Assembly: GCF_006345805.1 (NCBI RefSeq)
Contig: NC_043010.1
Coordinates: 67,828,001 to 67,892,000, forward strand
Length of the DNA: 64,000 bases
Direction: 5' to 3'
Source of the DNA: Octopus sinensis
Lineage: Eukaryota
The stretch's first letter is position 1, and each line of letters begins with the position of its first letter. A program made the translations under genes and the position numbers. The notes below the pieces were generated by a model that was not told where the DNA came from, ran no database searches, and saw only the letters and a list, made by a program, of their open reading frames with translations. Positions 44,248 to 57,310 of this stretch are shown here, one piece after another.

Positions 44248-44835
44248 TATTGAGTTGTCCAGAAAGTTTGTGCTGATTTACCCTTAAGAATTTCATTACC
44301 CTTAAGAATTTCATTTTTACTCCACTTCAGGTAATTTACACCAGTTCACTGACTCCTGGTTTAAAAGGAAAGATTATTACAAAATCAGAAAATCAGAAAA
44401 TTTTTTTTAAATGTTGGGTTGTCCGGAAAGTTCGTGCCGATTTATAGTAGCTTACCTTTCGACTTATTTTAATATGATTTTAATATGATTTTATTTATGT
44501 CTAACGAATCCTCATTACCCCAAAGAAGTTCATTTTGACCCCACTTCAGGTAATTTACACCAGTTCACTGATCCCTGGTTTAAAAGCAAAGATTATTACA
44601 AAATCAGAAAATTTTTTTAAATATTGGGTTGTCCGGAAAGTTTGTGCCAATTTATAGTAGCTTACCTTTCGAATTATTTTAATATGATTTTAATATGATT
44701 TTATTTAATCCTCATTACCCCTAAGAATTTCATTTTTACCCCACTTCAGGTAATTTACACCAGTTCACTGACCCCTGGTTTAAAAGGAAAAATTATTACA
44801 AAATCAGAAAATTAAAAAAAAATATTGGATTGCAT
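44248..44835 (+). repeat. Tandem repeat (~164-210-bp units) containing a mariner left TIR
   Basis: tattgggttgtccggaaagtt-like starts at 44248, 44412, 44622 and 44823, separated by a shared cttcaggtaatttacaccagttcactga segment. Confidence 0.85.
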
Positions 44836-45003
44836 CCTGCTGTAGAAAATTTGCCTCAACAAATTCTATCTGATCTGAAGAGTAGATGTTAAAAATGATG
44901 GTGATGAGTGTATATTGAGGCATTCATTATCAAAAGGACATCCTTTTTAAGATGTACGGTGTAATTTGAGTGAGATTTAGTTGCTATTTCTTGCAGAACG
45001 AGC

Positions 45004-45573
45004 TATTGGGTTGTCCAGAAAGTTCATGCCGATTTATAGTAGCTTACCTTTCGACTTATTTTAGAACATGGTTGAGTTCATAAAATAGGATTTGACTACA
45101 CCTCCATTTAGAACACAGTTTAAGCTATCTTTTTGTGGAAGAAGGTTTATGTTCCTATAACCTGTGTTAATTCAGTAACCCTTTAAAATGGAAGATAAGA
45201 AAGTTCATTTTCGGCACTTGATGCTTTGGGAACCAGACAAAAATTGCTGCAGCTCGGCTGGGATGTGTTATCCCACCCTCCATATTTACCAAATATCGCT
45301 CCTTCGGATTTCCACTTATTCAGGTCTCTGCAGAAGAGTCTTAATAGTAAAAATTTCAATTCCTTGGATGACATAAAAAGATACCTTGATGAATTCTTTG
45401 CCATGAAACCACCTCAGTTCTGGGAAGAGGGTATTTTCAAGTTAAAGGAAAGATGGAGACACATTGAGCAACAAAATGGTTCATATTTGGTTGATTAAAA
45501 ATGTAATGGCAAGTATTTATTGATCTTTTTCTTTCCTTTGAAAATTGGCACAAACTTTCTGGACAACCCAATA
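45004..45573 (+). mobile_element. Internally deleted mariner (566 bp)
   Basis: TA|TTGGGTTGTCCAGAAAG...CTTTCTGGACAACCCAA|TA. Transposase N-terminus MEDKKVHFRHLMLWE is fused to the C-terminus LGWDVLSHPPYLPNIAPSDFHLF..NGSYLVD*. Confidence 0.92.
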
Positions 45574-46256
45574 GCTTGTAAGGTGAAGATGATAGCATTG
45601 GAGGGTTGTTAGTGACCGAGGACAAAGATGTGATGAATAAAGAGAAGACAGAACAGGGAAGGTAAGATACGGAAGAAGGAAGTGGGGTGGGTAGGACGGG
45701 GTAGGGGAGTTGGTGATTGAGTGATTGGTAAACCTAGTATGCTTACAACCAGACAGGTACAGGAGTGTCTGTAGCGTAAGAAGTTTAATTCTCATCCATA
45801 TGAGAATTATATAGCACTTTGGGTCTTTGTTCTCTACTGTATTCCCCAGCTGACCAAAGCCTTGTGAGTGAATTTTTTTTAGACACAAACTGAAAAAGAA
45901 CCCATCACACACACACACACACAACACACATGCAACACACAATGCACACACACAAACACACATATAACACACACACACACATACATAAATACACACATAC
46001 ACATGCACTTTATATATATATTTCTTTACTGCCCACAAGGGGCTAAACACAGAGGGGACAAACAAGGACAGACAAAGGGATTAAGTCGATTACATCGACG
46101 CCAGTGTGAAACTGGCTCTTTATTTATCGACCCCGAAAGGATGAAAGGCAAAGTCGAGCTCAGCAGAATTTGAACTCAGAACATAACGACAGACGAAATA
46201 CCACTAAGCATTTTGCCCGGCGTGCTAACGTTTCTGCCAGCTCGCCGCATTTTATA

Positions 46257-46311
46257 TATAATACATACATACATACATACATACATACACATATATATAT
46301 ATATACATACA

Positions 46312-46345
<34 letters not shown>

Positions 46346-46359
46346 CATACATACATACA

Positions 46360-46395
<36 letters not shown>

Positions 46396-46547
46396 TATAC
46401 ATACATACATACATACATACATACATACATACATACATACATACATACATACATACACATATATATATACATACATACATACATACATACATACAAATAT
46501 ACATACATACATACATACATACATACATACATACATACATACATACA

Positions 46548-46583
<36 letters not shown>

Positions 46584-46590
46584 TATAAAG
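46257..46590. repeat. (ACAT)n microsatellite
   Basis: Direct reading. Confidence 0.95.
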
Positions 46591-47568
46591 TTAATCCAAA
46601 CAAGAAAACACAGAAAAAAAGAGAAAAACACAGCAACGCGAGGACGTGGAACAATTAAAGTATTATTTGACACTCAGGAAAGAAGGGAACTGTTATTCTG
46701 TTGCTTGTTTCAATTATGTGACTGCGGCCATGCTGGGGCACCACTTTAAATCAACCCCAGGACATATTCTATCAGTTTCTTTTGCTGAACCATTAAGTTA
46801 TGGGGATGTAAACACACCAGCATTGGTTGTCAAGTGATAGTGGAAGGACAAACACAGACACAAACATATACATTAACACACACACACACACACACACTCA
46901 CACACACACACAATTTATGATGGGCTTCTTTCAGTTTCTGTCTACCAAACCCGCTCACAAGGCTTTGGTTGGCCCAATGCTATAGTAGAAGACACTTGCC
47001 CAAGGTGTTATGCAGTGGGATTGAACTCGGTACCATGTGGTTGGGAAGTAAGCTTCTTACTACATAGTCATGCCTATATATATAAAAGCAGTAACACAGA
47101 TGGGTTGAGGGTCACTACAGCTGTTTCAGACATGTTCTTTATTGATAAACAAGTATTACATCAGATAAATAAAAAAAACGTTTTCCTCAGGGGAATAAAA
47201 AGAAAATTGAACACAATTTACTTTGGCGAGTATGTATATGTCAGCACACATTATTAGCACACCATTATCATCATCATCAGACACTAAATGATGATGATGG
47301 TGTGCTATCTTTGACTTTTCCTTTGCGCTTTTACTATTTAGATACCTGATTCTATGAGATCCTGAAAATTTTATTATGTATATATATATAGGTACAGGAG
47401 TGGCTGTGTAGTAAGTAGCTTGCTTACCCACCACATGGTCTGGGTTCAGTCCCACTGCATGGCACCTTGGGCAAGTGTCTTCTGCTATAGCCTCAGGCCA
47501 ACCAAAGCCTCGTGAGTGGATTTGGTAGACGGAAACGGAAAAAAGCCCATCATATATATATATATATA

Positions 47569-47962
47569 CTAGCAATATCACCCGGCGTTGCTCGGGTTGT
47601 AAGGGAAATAACTATATAAGCATTTTTAGAGAGTTATAGCCAAAAAATAGCAAAAAAATGCATTAAAAATTGAAAAAAAATTAAGGTAAATTTTTTTTAA
47701 ATCGTTGACACATCGTAGATATTTTTAGAGAGTTACTTCCCTTATATAAAAGCGAAAAAATGCATTAAAATGGAAAAATATGATGGTAAATTTTTTTTTA
47801 AATCGTAGACTCATCGTAGACGCGCGCTAATACCCAGAAGGGCTCGATATGAATCACGACTATAAGATACCCGCTTTTGGTTAAACTGCACGGCAAAATG
47901 TGGGAGTAGTTACGAATCTAAATCGAAGGGGACAGACACACAACTTCACTCTTATATAAAGA
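47569..47962 (-). mobile_element. Non-autonomous Helitron
   Basis: Minus strand A|TC start at 47962, hairpin cccgagcaacgccggg, CTAG|T end at 47569. The 3' ~90 bp is shared with 21785-22156. Confidence 0.85.
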
Positions 47963-48292
47963 TGCTTTTTTTTTTTCAGTCATAGAGTTAGATTTATGAA
48001 GGTCTTCAGTAGAAAATCCTTCGAATTCTGACTCGCTGCTTGATATAATGAAATTCGTATCCATTTTTTGTCAGAATTACAAATTTTGAAAACACAATAG
48101 GAACAAATTTCGGAAAAAATCTCCCATAATTCACGGAATTAAAATTACACTTCAATTTTTGTACAAAACTGTATTTGAAGTGTTTACGAAGTATAATACG
48201 TGTTTTCACGAATGTACTAAAGAGATTTACTCTGATATTCTCATTTAAATATGAATAGGTAAATTCGGGCGGTTTGGTAACAAAAGGGTTTA
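47963..48292 (-). mobile_element. Left end of a piggyBac-like element with a possible transposase start
   Basis: taaa|CCCTTTTGTTACCAAACCGCCCGAA resembles a family F terminus. ATG at 48064 gives MDTNFIISSSESEFEGFSTEDL, an acidic N-terminus recalled as piggyBac-like. Confidence 0.45.
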
Positions 48293-48741
48293 TATAAGTG
48301 TCGTCTGTTTATACATAAACACTGTTTCATACTTTCACTTTAGTCTTCCTCAAATCACTGTCGCTAATTTACTCTCTTCCAAGAACATTTTCACTCACTG
48401 TTATCTGTTAGCTTCCCATACATTTTACTCATGTATCTATCAGCGTGATAGACAGAAACAAATATTACATTTACTTTCATTTTATTCGTCGCACACTGTG
48501 TGTGTGCGTTTGCGTGTGGTGTAAACCAGACTAAGAAAAGCATTTGACACACACACCAGAATGTGAGTTTTCTGTAAATTTTGCTTAATTGGAGTTTAAA
48601 TTTTAAAAACTGGATCTGGCATGACACGATGCATTGTACTCTTAAAACTGCTAGGTAAATTGTAATTGAAGAAATCCTATATTGTAGATTTCTATAACTC
48701 CCAAAGGGAGGCAGATAAAATCTGCCTTTTATAATAAGAGA
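48293..48741 (-). mobile_element. Probable Helitron 5' portion
   Basis: A|TCTCTTATTATAAAAGGCAG at 48741 resembles the 5' end A|TCTCTCTCTATATAAACGGCAG at 21785. Confidence 0.5.
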
Positions 48742-50975
48742 TATATATACATATATATATATATATGTATGTGCGTGTATATGTTTGTGTATCTGTGTTC
48801 ATCCCACAACATCACTTGACAACCGATGCTTGTGTGTTTACGTTCCCGTAACTTAACGGTTTGGCAAAATAGACCGATAGAATAAGTATTAGGCTTACAA
48901 AGAATAAGTCCTGGGCTTGATTTGCTCGACTAAAGGCAGTGCTCCAGCATGGCCACTGTCACATGACTGAAACACGTAAAAGAGTAAAAGAGAAAGAGAG
49001 TATATATACATTTATATATACATATATATACATATTTATATGTACATATATATATATATATATATATACATATATACATATATGTGTGTATGTGTGTGTG
49101 TGTGTGTGTGTGTATTTGGAAATGTAAATTCCTGACAATATTCATAATCCAGAGAAGCAAACCCAGATTTAACCATCAGAAGAATTGCAGTGGAATTGGT
49201 CATACTAGGAGAGCATTGATGTTCGTTAATACATGATGAGGTTAGCTGGAAACTGGAACATACCTGAGAGCCATATTCGTAGCTGGCTGGATAATTTATC
49301 CCTCTATACTCACCTTGCACGTGTAAAATGTCCCACCTGCCCGCCCACCCGCCAAAAGTTAGTATGACTATGACAGATATCTATATCTATCGTGGAATAT
49401 CAAGAGATGGAAACCAAGGAGACACAAATATACACCAACATCAATATTCAAAAAGACACACAAATACACTGTTATCATCATCATCAGCAGCAGCAGCAGC
49501 ATCGGCATCATCATCATCATCACCATCACCATCACCATCATCACCATCATCATCATCATCATCATCATTTATGTTCTTTTTCCCATGCTAGTTGATATGG
49601 ATGTTAAGAAGTGTCTATAACATCATTTCGTTAAATATAATACATTTACACATTCATACTAAGATCACTTGTGTTGTGCCCTGAAGAATATCCCATTAAT
49701 ATTCAAAGATCTATCCAAAATTCTTGGGGCCAGAATCAGTAATCACTTTCTTGATATTACCTCCCTTACTTGATGTTACCTCTTACTTCTACCACTGCCC
49801 AAGACGAAGAAGACAAGAGGAAGTCAACACCATCACCATTGTTTCATATCTTACTTTCCCATGCTTGTATGGGTCAGACGGAATTTGTTGAGGCAGATTT
49901 TTTACAGCCGGATGCCTTCCCTGTCGCCAACTCATACATCCCTTGGAAGATTGGAAATGAAGGACACTGGGTGCATGATGGTGACACTTGCTTACAAAAC
50001 GTTATGCAATGTCAATCAAGGAAGCAGTAAAACAGATACACGCACACACATATATGTATATTTGTGTGTATTTGTATATATCATCATCATCATCATCATT
50101 TAATGTCCGCTTTCCATGCTAGCATGGGTTGGACGGTTCAACTGGGGTCTGGGAAGCCCGAAGGCTGCACCAGGCCAGTCAGATCTGGCAGTGTTTCAAC
50201 AGCTGGATGCCCTTCCTAACCCCAACCAGTCCATGAGTGTAGTGGGTGCTTTTTACGTGCCACCAACACAGGTGCCAGGCGAGGCTGGCAACGGCCACGA
50301 TAACCGAAGAGATGGTGTTGTGGATTTCCACTTTGGCATCTGAAACTCAGAGTTTTATCTTGACTATTGAGTAATTGTAACATATTATTTTATATATATA
50401 TATATATATATATACATACACACACACATGAAACTGAGAATGTGTCAGTCAAATGAGTGAAACAAGTAGAAGAGTAAAAGAGAGAAAAGAGTATATATAT
50501 ATATATCTATCTATATATATAAATTTGACAGGCTTCTTTCAGTTTCTCACAATCAAATCCACTCACAAGGCTTTGGTGAGCCTGAGGCCATTGTAGAATG
50601 TCACTTGGCCAAGGTGTCACCAAATGGGATTGAACCCAGGGCCATGTGGTTGGGAAGCAAACTTCTTACCACACTGCTACCCAAACATCTCTTAATGTTT
50701 AAAAGTTTGTAAAGGAACAAACACCTTTCTCTTTATTTAATGGAACAAATTTTTTTTTCTTTAAATTAGGTTATTTTCTCTCCCGTGAAATAAAGAGGGA
50801 AAACGTTCAGAAATTCTAGAGTCCTTTGTTTGTTAATTCACCAAAAAAAGAAGAAAAAAAAGGAGCATTTTATTTTTTCATTTTTTTTTTCCATCAAATG
50901 AAATGTAAAATTCAAACAATGCCAACAGCAAGTGAAACACATCTGAAATAATCAAAAAGCAGAAATGATACTAGA

Positions 50976-50977
<2 letters not shown>

Positions 50978-51014
<37 letters not shown>

Positions 51015-51735
51015 AATGGCATTGATGATGATGATGATGATGGTATTGATGATGATTATGATGATTATGATGATGATGATGATGATGGTATTGATGATGA
51101 TGATGATGATGATGATGAAGATGATGAAGATGATGACGGTATTGATGATGATGATGGCATTGATGATGATGAGGATAATGCTGATGATTTTGGCAATGAT
51201 GATGATGATGACGGACAATGATGGCGATGATGATGATGATGATGATGATGAAGATGATGACAATAATGATGATAATGATGATGACGATGACAATGATGAT
51301 AACAATGATGATGATGATGATGATGGCATCGATGATGATGATAATAATGTTGCTGATGATTTTGATGATGATGATGATGGACACTGATGATGATGATGAC
51401 AATGACAACCATGACATTGATGACGTTGATGATGATTGAGATGATGACAACAATAACAATAATGATGGTAGTGGTGGCGGTGATAGTGGTGGTGGTGGTA
51501 AAGAGGATGAGGAAGAGTGGGAGAAATAATAACGGTGGTGATGGCAATGAAAGTAGCGGTGATGACGATAACGACGGTAATGATGATTTTATACTGATGG
51601 TAATGATGATGGTGAGGAAGATGACAGTGGTGATACTGATGCTGATGATGATGGTGATGAAGAAGAAGAAGGAGAAGAAGAACAATGGTGGTGATGACAA
51701 CGATGGTGATGATGGTATTGATAATGGTGATGACA
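50978..51735. repeat. Degenerate (GAT)n trinucleotide tract
   Basis: Direct reading; it yields poly-M/D/H/I/S pseudo-ORFs. Confidence 0.9.
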
Positions 51736-52091
51736 GCAAATCAGAGGAAATTTCCCATGTCAATATGTAATAAAGGAAGGAAAATTTCAATCAGTGTTTA
51801 TAATATAATATAATAAATATAATAATATATAATATAATATGATATAATATAATATAAATATTAGCGTCCGTTTTCCATGCTAGCATGGGTTGGACGGCCC
51901 CAGTTGAACCGTCCAACCATGCTAGCATGGAAAACGGACGCTAAATGATGATGATGATGATGATTGTCTGAGATTAAAAGAATAAGGCATGATAAAAAAA
52001 AAAAATATTTGATAATGACAAAAAATAAAATGTGGTAAGAAAACAGATGCAAAGAATAATAATAATAGTAGTAATAATAATAATAAAAATG

Positions 52092-52143
<52 letters not shown>

Positions 52144-52202
52144 TGATGATGATGATGATGATGAGAATAATAACAATAATAATAATAAAATAATAATAAT
52201 GA

Positions 52203-52612
52203 TAGGCACAGGAATGGCTGTGTGGTAAGTAGCTTGCTAACCAACCACATGGTTCCGGGTTCAGTCCCACTGTGTGGCATCTTGGGCAAGTGTCTTCTGC
52301 TATAGCCTCAGGCCGACCAATGCCTTGTGAGTGGATTTGGTAGACGGAAACTGAAAGAAGCCCGTCGTATATATGTATATATATGTATGTGCATGTGTGT
52401 TTGTGTGTCTGTGTTTGTCCCCCTAGCATTGCTTGACAACCGATGCTGGTGTGTTTATGTCGCCGTTACTTGGCGGTTCGGCAAAAGAGACCGATAGAAT
52501 AAGTACTGGGCTTACAAAAGAATAAGTCCCGGGGTCGAGTTGCTCGATTAAAGGCGGTGCTCCAGCATGGCCGCAGTCAAATGACTGAAACAAGTAAAAG
52601 AGTAAAAGAGAG
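52203..52612 (+). mobile_element. Full-length, well-preserved SINE group B
   Basis: Complete from head to (gtaaaaga) tail. Confidence 0.9.
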
Positions 52613-52618
52613 AGAGAG

Positions 52619-52678
<60 letters not shown>

Positions 52679-52680
52679 TA

Positions 52681-53240
52681 ATGCGAATCTGTAATGATGA
52701 GATTGAAACTCTAGACCACCTAATCTCAGGGTGTAGAGTCTTAGCACCTGTAGAATATAAAGCAAGACATGACAGAGTTGGCCAGTATTTACACTGGACA
52801 ATATGTTGGCATTATAAAATCAAAACCGCTGACAAATGGTATAAACACCATCCTGAAGCTGTGACAGGGAGAAAATGTGTCGATTCTATGGGACTTACCC
52901 GTACAGACCGACAAGACTATAAAAGCTAATAAGCCGGATATTATTATAAAAGATCAGACAAAAAAATGTGTTTGTTAATTAACATGAGTATTCCTTGCGA
53001 TCACAATATAGCGGCGAAAGAATTTGACAAGATCAGTAAATATAAAGACTTGCTGATAGAAATTGAAAAAAATGTGGCATCTCAAGGCAACTAGAGTATG
53101 AGTGATTGTAGGATCTCTAGGAATGATAAAAAAAGGTACTGAAACCTATTTGATAATGATACCAGGCTTGTTTCAGGAAATGCAAAAAATCGTGTTAACT
53201 GGAACGACTCATGTACTGAGAAGAGTGTTTATCGCTGTGA
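52681..53240 (+). mobile_element. R4/Dong-like non-LTR retrotransposon 3' fragment (CCHC knuckle + restriction-like endonuclease)
   Basis: CRICNDEIETLDHLISGC..RHDRVG.., then after a frameshift ILWDLPVQTD..NKPDIII..KYKDL..VIVGSLG; directly follows (AAT)n. Confidence 0.85.
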
Positions 53241-53999
53241 AAACAACATCCATTCATGAATTTATTTATTTATTAATTTTTTAAATACATATTTTACTTG
53301 TGAATTTGGATGTGTAATCTGGGAATACATACAATGAGCTTCTCTGCCCTAGGTGTATGGAAAACACTCGTCAAGAGATGAAAGAAAATTTGAAGAAAGA
53401 AGGAAAAAAAAAAACAATAATATTAATAATAATAATATAATAATAATAATAATAATATAATAATAATAATAATATAATAATAATAATAATAATAATAATG
53501 ATTTATTTCTTATAGCCCACAGGGGGCTAAACATAGATGGGATAATAATAATAATAACAAGAACACTCAGAGAGTGCAAATCTCTGCCAAGGCAACACCA
53601 ACGTCTTCTCAACGATTAGCCAGAGATGATCTTTAAAATGAGAATATCTGAAATAAACTCAACTGCTCTCAAAAATTAAGTAAAAAATTGGAAAAATAAT
53701 CCATAATCTTTGTCCAGTACCCGATCGATCTCAAAATCCAATCAGTTCGTGCCAGTTATGAGGACAAACAGCTTTGAAAGTTTCATCTGAATCGATCCAG
53801 CAGTCCCTCTTGGAAAGGGAAGAAGCCTTAATTAATTTCATCTAACTTGTCACCAATTGCATGCCTCTGACCTCTGACTTTATGCATGTATCACTGTAAA
53901 CTATGGTTATCATGCAACTCTTGGCTTCCTGAAACAGCTGTAGAGATATGTCATAAATATTAATCATATATAATATATATATATATATATATACATATA

Positions 54000-54400
54000 T
54001 AGGGAGAATTCACAAAAAAAAACCCCCAACAAAAGATGAAGACAGGTGGTGCAGAACACAGAAATAAACAAGGAGAGAAAATATAGAATGTGTAGCGGCT
54101 GGCGATCTATCATGGCCGTATATATATATATATATATATATCGCCACGCCATATATATATATAGATCGCCATGTTGATTCGCTAGCTTCTGCATGCATTT
54201 TTTTTCTCTTCGTGTTTTTTCTCTGTGTATCTTTCTGTTGAAGAGCGTAGGCTCGAAACGTAAAAGACTTGTTTTATTTATATTCCTGAGCGCCATACTA
54301 ATACAATTGTTTGTTTGTATTCCACCTGCCTTCGTCTTTTGTTTATTTCCGTAAACCTGCCTTCGTCTTTTGTCTATTTTCATAAAGCTTCCCGTTATAT
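54000..54400. mobile_element. Divergent pair of the ~200-bp hammerhead-bearing repeat (54000-54120 -, 54165-54400 +)
   Basis: Shared ccacctg.cttc.tctttt and gatagatcg segments in opposite orientation. Motif tctttCTGTTGAagagcgtaggctcGAAACGTAaaaga at 54230-54267. Confidence 0.7.
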
Positions 54401-54418
54401 ATATATATATATATATAT

Positions 54419-54590
54419 TATATAAAAGGGCTTAGTAAAATAAATTACTTTGCCGCATACTGAACTCATTAGAAATAGCAGCTAAAAAACTTTTTTAAAG
54501 CTATTTCTAATACTTAAAGAAAATCTCTCTCATATATAGTGTTTGCTTAATTCAACTCACAAAAGTTATTTTACTAAGCCCTTTTATATA
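54419..54590. repeat. 172-bp element with perfect 25-bp terminal inverted repeats in TA context
   Basis: tatataaaagggcttagtaaaataa / ttattttactaagcccttttatata. Confidence 0.8.
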
Positions 54591-54689
54591 ATGTAATAAT
54601 TTGAATTCGCCTTGAATGGTCCCTTTGCATACTGAACACTTGGTGAAATTGATTAATAATTAATTAATTTTGCCCTCAATTGTTGAAAT

Positions 54690-54720
<31 letters not shown>

Positions 54721-54755
54721 ATTCTTTATTTTGTATTTTTCTGCTCCATGTTAAA

Positions 54756-54798
<43 letters not shown>

Positions 54799-54949
54799 GT
54801 AATGATGATAGTAATAATGAATTTAAGTGGGGAAAAGAAGTTTTAGGGTGCTGTAATTAATTTAGGGTATCCCTGTGCCGCCTTTCTCCTTCTTTATCTC
54901 TAACAAGGACTTCAAGAGAGCATTGCTATTTATGTCATATTTCTGTTGG

Positions 54950-55328
54950 CTAAAATTTATGATGTTGCTGGTGTTGTTGTTATTGTTGTTGTATTGTTTG
55001 TTGTTGTTGTTGTTGTTGTTTGTTGTTGGCAATGTTGCTGCTGGTGAAGTTGGTGATGCAGTTACTTTATATTTTCCCTCCCGTTGCTGTTGTTGTTGTT
55101 GTTGACGTCGTTGCTGGTTGTCAGTGGTAGCAGTGGTGATGCTGTTACTGCTGCTGTTGTTGCAGACGTTGTTGTTGTTGTTGTTGTTGTCATTGCTGCT
55201 GCTGTTGTTGCAGACGTTGTTGTTGTTGTTGTTGTTGTTGTTCTTGCTGCTGCTGTTTCTTATGTTGTTATTGTTGCTGCTGCTGCTGTTGCTTATATTG
55301 TTGGTGTTGCTGTTGTTGCATCTATTAC

Positions 55329-55362
<34 letters not shown>

Positions 55363-56520
55363 CTTGTAGTCATTGCTGATGCTGCTGTTGCTTATGTTGT
55401 TGTTGCTGCTGCTGCTGCTGTTCTTGCTGCTTATGTTGTTGCTGCTGCTGCTGCTTTTGTTGCTGATGTGCTTGTCACTGCTGCTGCTGCTTATATTATT
55501 GTTGCTGATGGTGTTGTTAATGATGCTGCTTCAGATTCAGCTTCTGCTGCTGACACTGTTACTTTTCTTCTTGTTGTTGATGATGTTCCCTGTTGTTGTT
55601 GTTGTTATAATCGGCATCCTTGCAATTACTATTGTTCACGTTGTTGCTGTTGCTGATATTGTCAATGTGACTGATGTTGTTATTGTTTCTAATATTTCAC
55701 CTGATGTTCTTCTTATTCTGATTGCTGACACTGCAATTGGTGCTCTGTTGTTGATGCTATTGCCGTTGTTGTTGCTGTTGTTATCACTGTTGCCAATATC
55801 ATCATTGTGATTTGTTATCGTTGTTGTTGCTATCGTTGTGGTTTTTTGTTGTTGCAACTGCTGTTATTGTTGTTTGTTATTGTTGCTATTTTTGTTGTTG
55901 ATAATGTTTGTTGTTATTGTTGTCATTGCTGTTGTTATCATTGTTGCCATTATCATCATTGTGATTTGTTATCGTTGTTGCTATCGTTGTGGTTTTTTGT
56001 TGTTGCAACTGCTGTTATTGTTGTTTGTTATTGTTGCTATTTTTGTTGTTGATAATGTTTGTTGTTATTGTTGTCATTGCTGTTGTTATCATTGTTGCCA
56101 TTGTCGTCATTGTGATTTGTTATTGCTGTTGTTTGATATTGTTGTTGCTGCTATTGCTGTTATTGTTGCTATTTTTGTTGTTGTTGATAATGTTTGTTAT
56201 TGTTGTTGTGGCTATTGTTTTTGTGTTTGTTATTATTGTTGCTTGTCATTGTTGTTGTTTGTTATTGCTATTGTTGTTGTTGTTATTATTGTTGTCATTC
56301 TCATCATTGTCATTTGTCATTGCTGTTCTTTGTTATTGTTGCTATCGTTGTTTGTTATTGTTGCTGTTGTTGTTGATAATGTTTGTTATTGTTGCTATGG
56401 CTATTGTTGTCATTGTTTGTTATTGTTATTGCAGCTGTTGTTGTTATTGTGGTTGCATGTTATTATTGTTGTTGTTATTGTCATCATCACCATCATTGTT
56501 CTTCTTGTTGATGCTACCAA
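54950..56520. repeat. ~1.5-kb degenerate (GTT/GCT)n tract with an internal 151-bp duplication
   Basis: Direct reading; near-identical sequence restarts at 55838 and 55989. Confidence 0.9.
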
Positions 56521-56997
56521 ACATATCAGTGTGATTGTTTACACTGGTGCCACCATCTACAGAAATATCATTAAATTTTTTTTCTTTCATATGTTTGCTT
56601 TAAGACCTTCTTCTTCTTCTTTATTATTATTATTATTATTATTATTTATCTTTTGTATTTTATTTTTTCTGTTTATTCCCCCCCCCCCCTGTGTAGTTTA
56701 TCTTCAATTTCTGAATTTCTTCTTTGAGTAGGTGTTGATATGTTTATACATCTCCTGGCCATTTCAAACTAATGCAGAAAAAAAAAAAAAATTCCAGGAT
56801 GGCTTTTTTTTTTTACTCCCCCCAAAGCCAGGGGTAAAAAAAAAAGAAAGAAAGAAGAGAATATAGTTTCTCACCTTGGTATATACCAGGTGCACATGAC
56901 ATGACACAAAAAAAGAAATAAATGTCTTAATTGATAGGAAAAAAAAAACATTCCACCACAGGAGTGACATCTAATGATGTCTTACTAAGATAAGATG

Positions 56998-57029
<32 letters not shown>

Positions 57030-57043
57030 TAATAATAATAATC

Positions 57044-57310
57044 ATCGTTTAACGTCCGCTTTCCATGCTAGCATGGGTTGGACGATTTTGACAGAGGGCT
57101 GGCGAACTAGATGGCTGCACCAGGCTCCAATCTTGATCTGGTAGAGTTTCTACAGCTGGATGTCCTTCCTATCGCTAACCACCCCGAGAGTGTAGTGGGT
57201 GCTTTTACATACCACCGGCACGGAAGGGGGGGGGGCAGTCAAGTGGTACTGGCAACGACCTCACTCGAATCTTTTTACACGTGCCAGTAAGGCGATGCTG
57301 GTAGCAGTAT
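57044..57310 (-). mobile_element. RTE LINE 3' UTR/tail copy
   Basis: Near-identical to 59510-59692. Confidence 0.8.

Noticed and set aside
48260-48570. Apparent plus-strand promoter: GGGCGG (48267), TATATAAG (48291) and donor GTGAGT (48563)
   Set aside because: These motifs coincide with a piggyBac-like terminus and Helitron-associated sequence on the minus strand, so a TE origin is simpler.
50952-51790. Poly-M/D/H/I/S ORFs, superficially like acidic or His-rich proteins
   Set aside because: Degenerate (GAT)n tract with frequent frame breaks and no splice or start context.
52203-52280. tRNA-like heads of SINE groups A, B and C
   Set aside because: They have A/B boxes but I see no complete cloverleaf, and they continue into SINE bodies; not called as tRNA genes.
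53560-53790. Segment recalling a non-autonomous Helentron/HINE-type repeat
   Set aside because: Only one partial copy and no second terminus in the window; recall alone is insufficient.
54875-56731. Long Leu/Val/Ala/Cys-rich ORFs up to 297 aa resembling membrane or Cys-rich proteins
   Set aside because: (GTT/GCT)n low complexity, open in multiple frames, with a 151-bp (frame-breaking) duplication.
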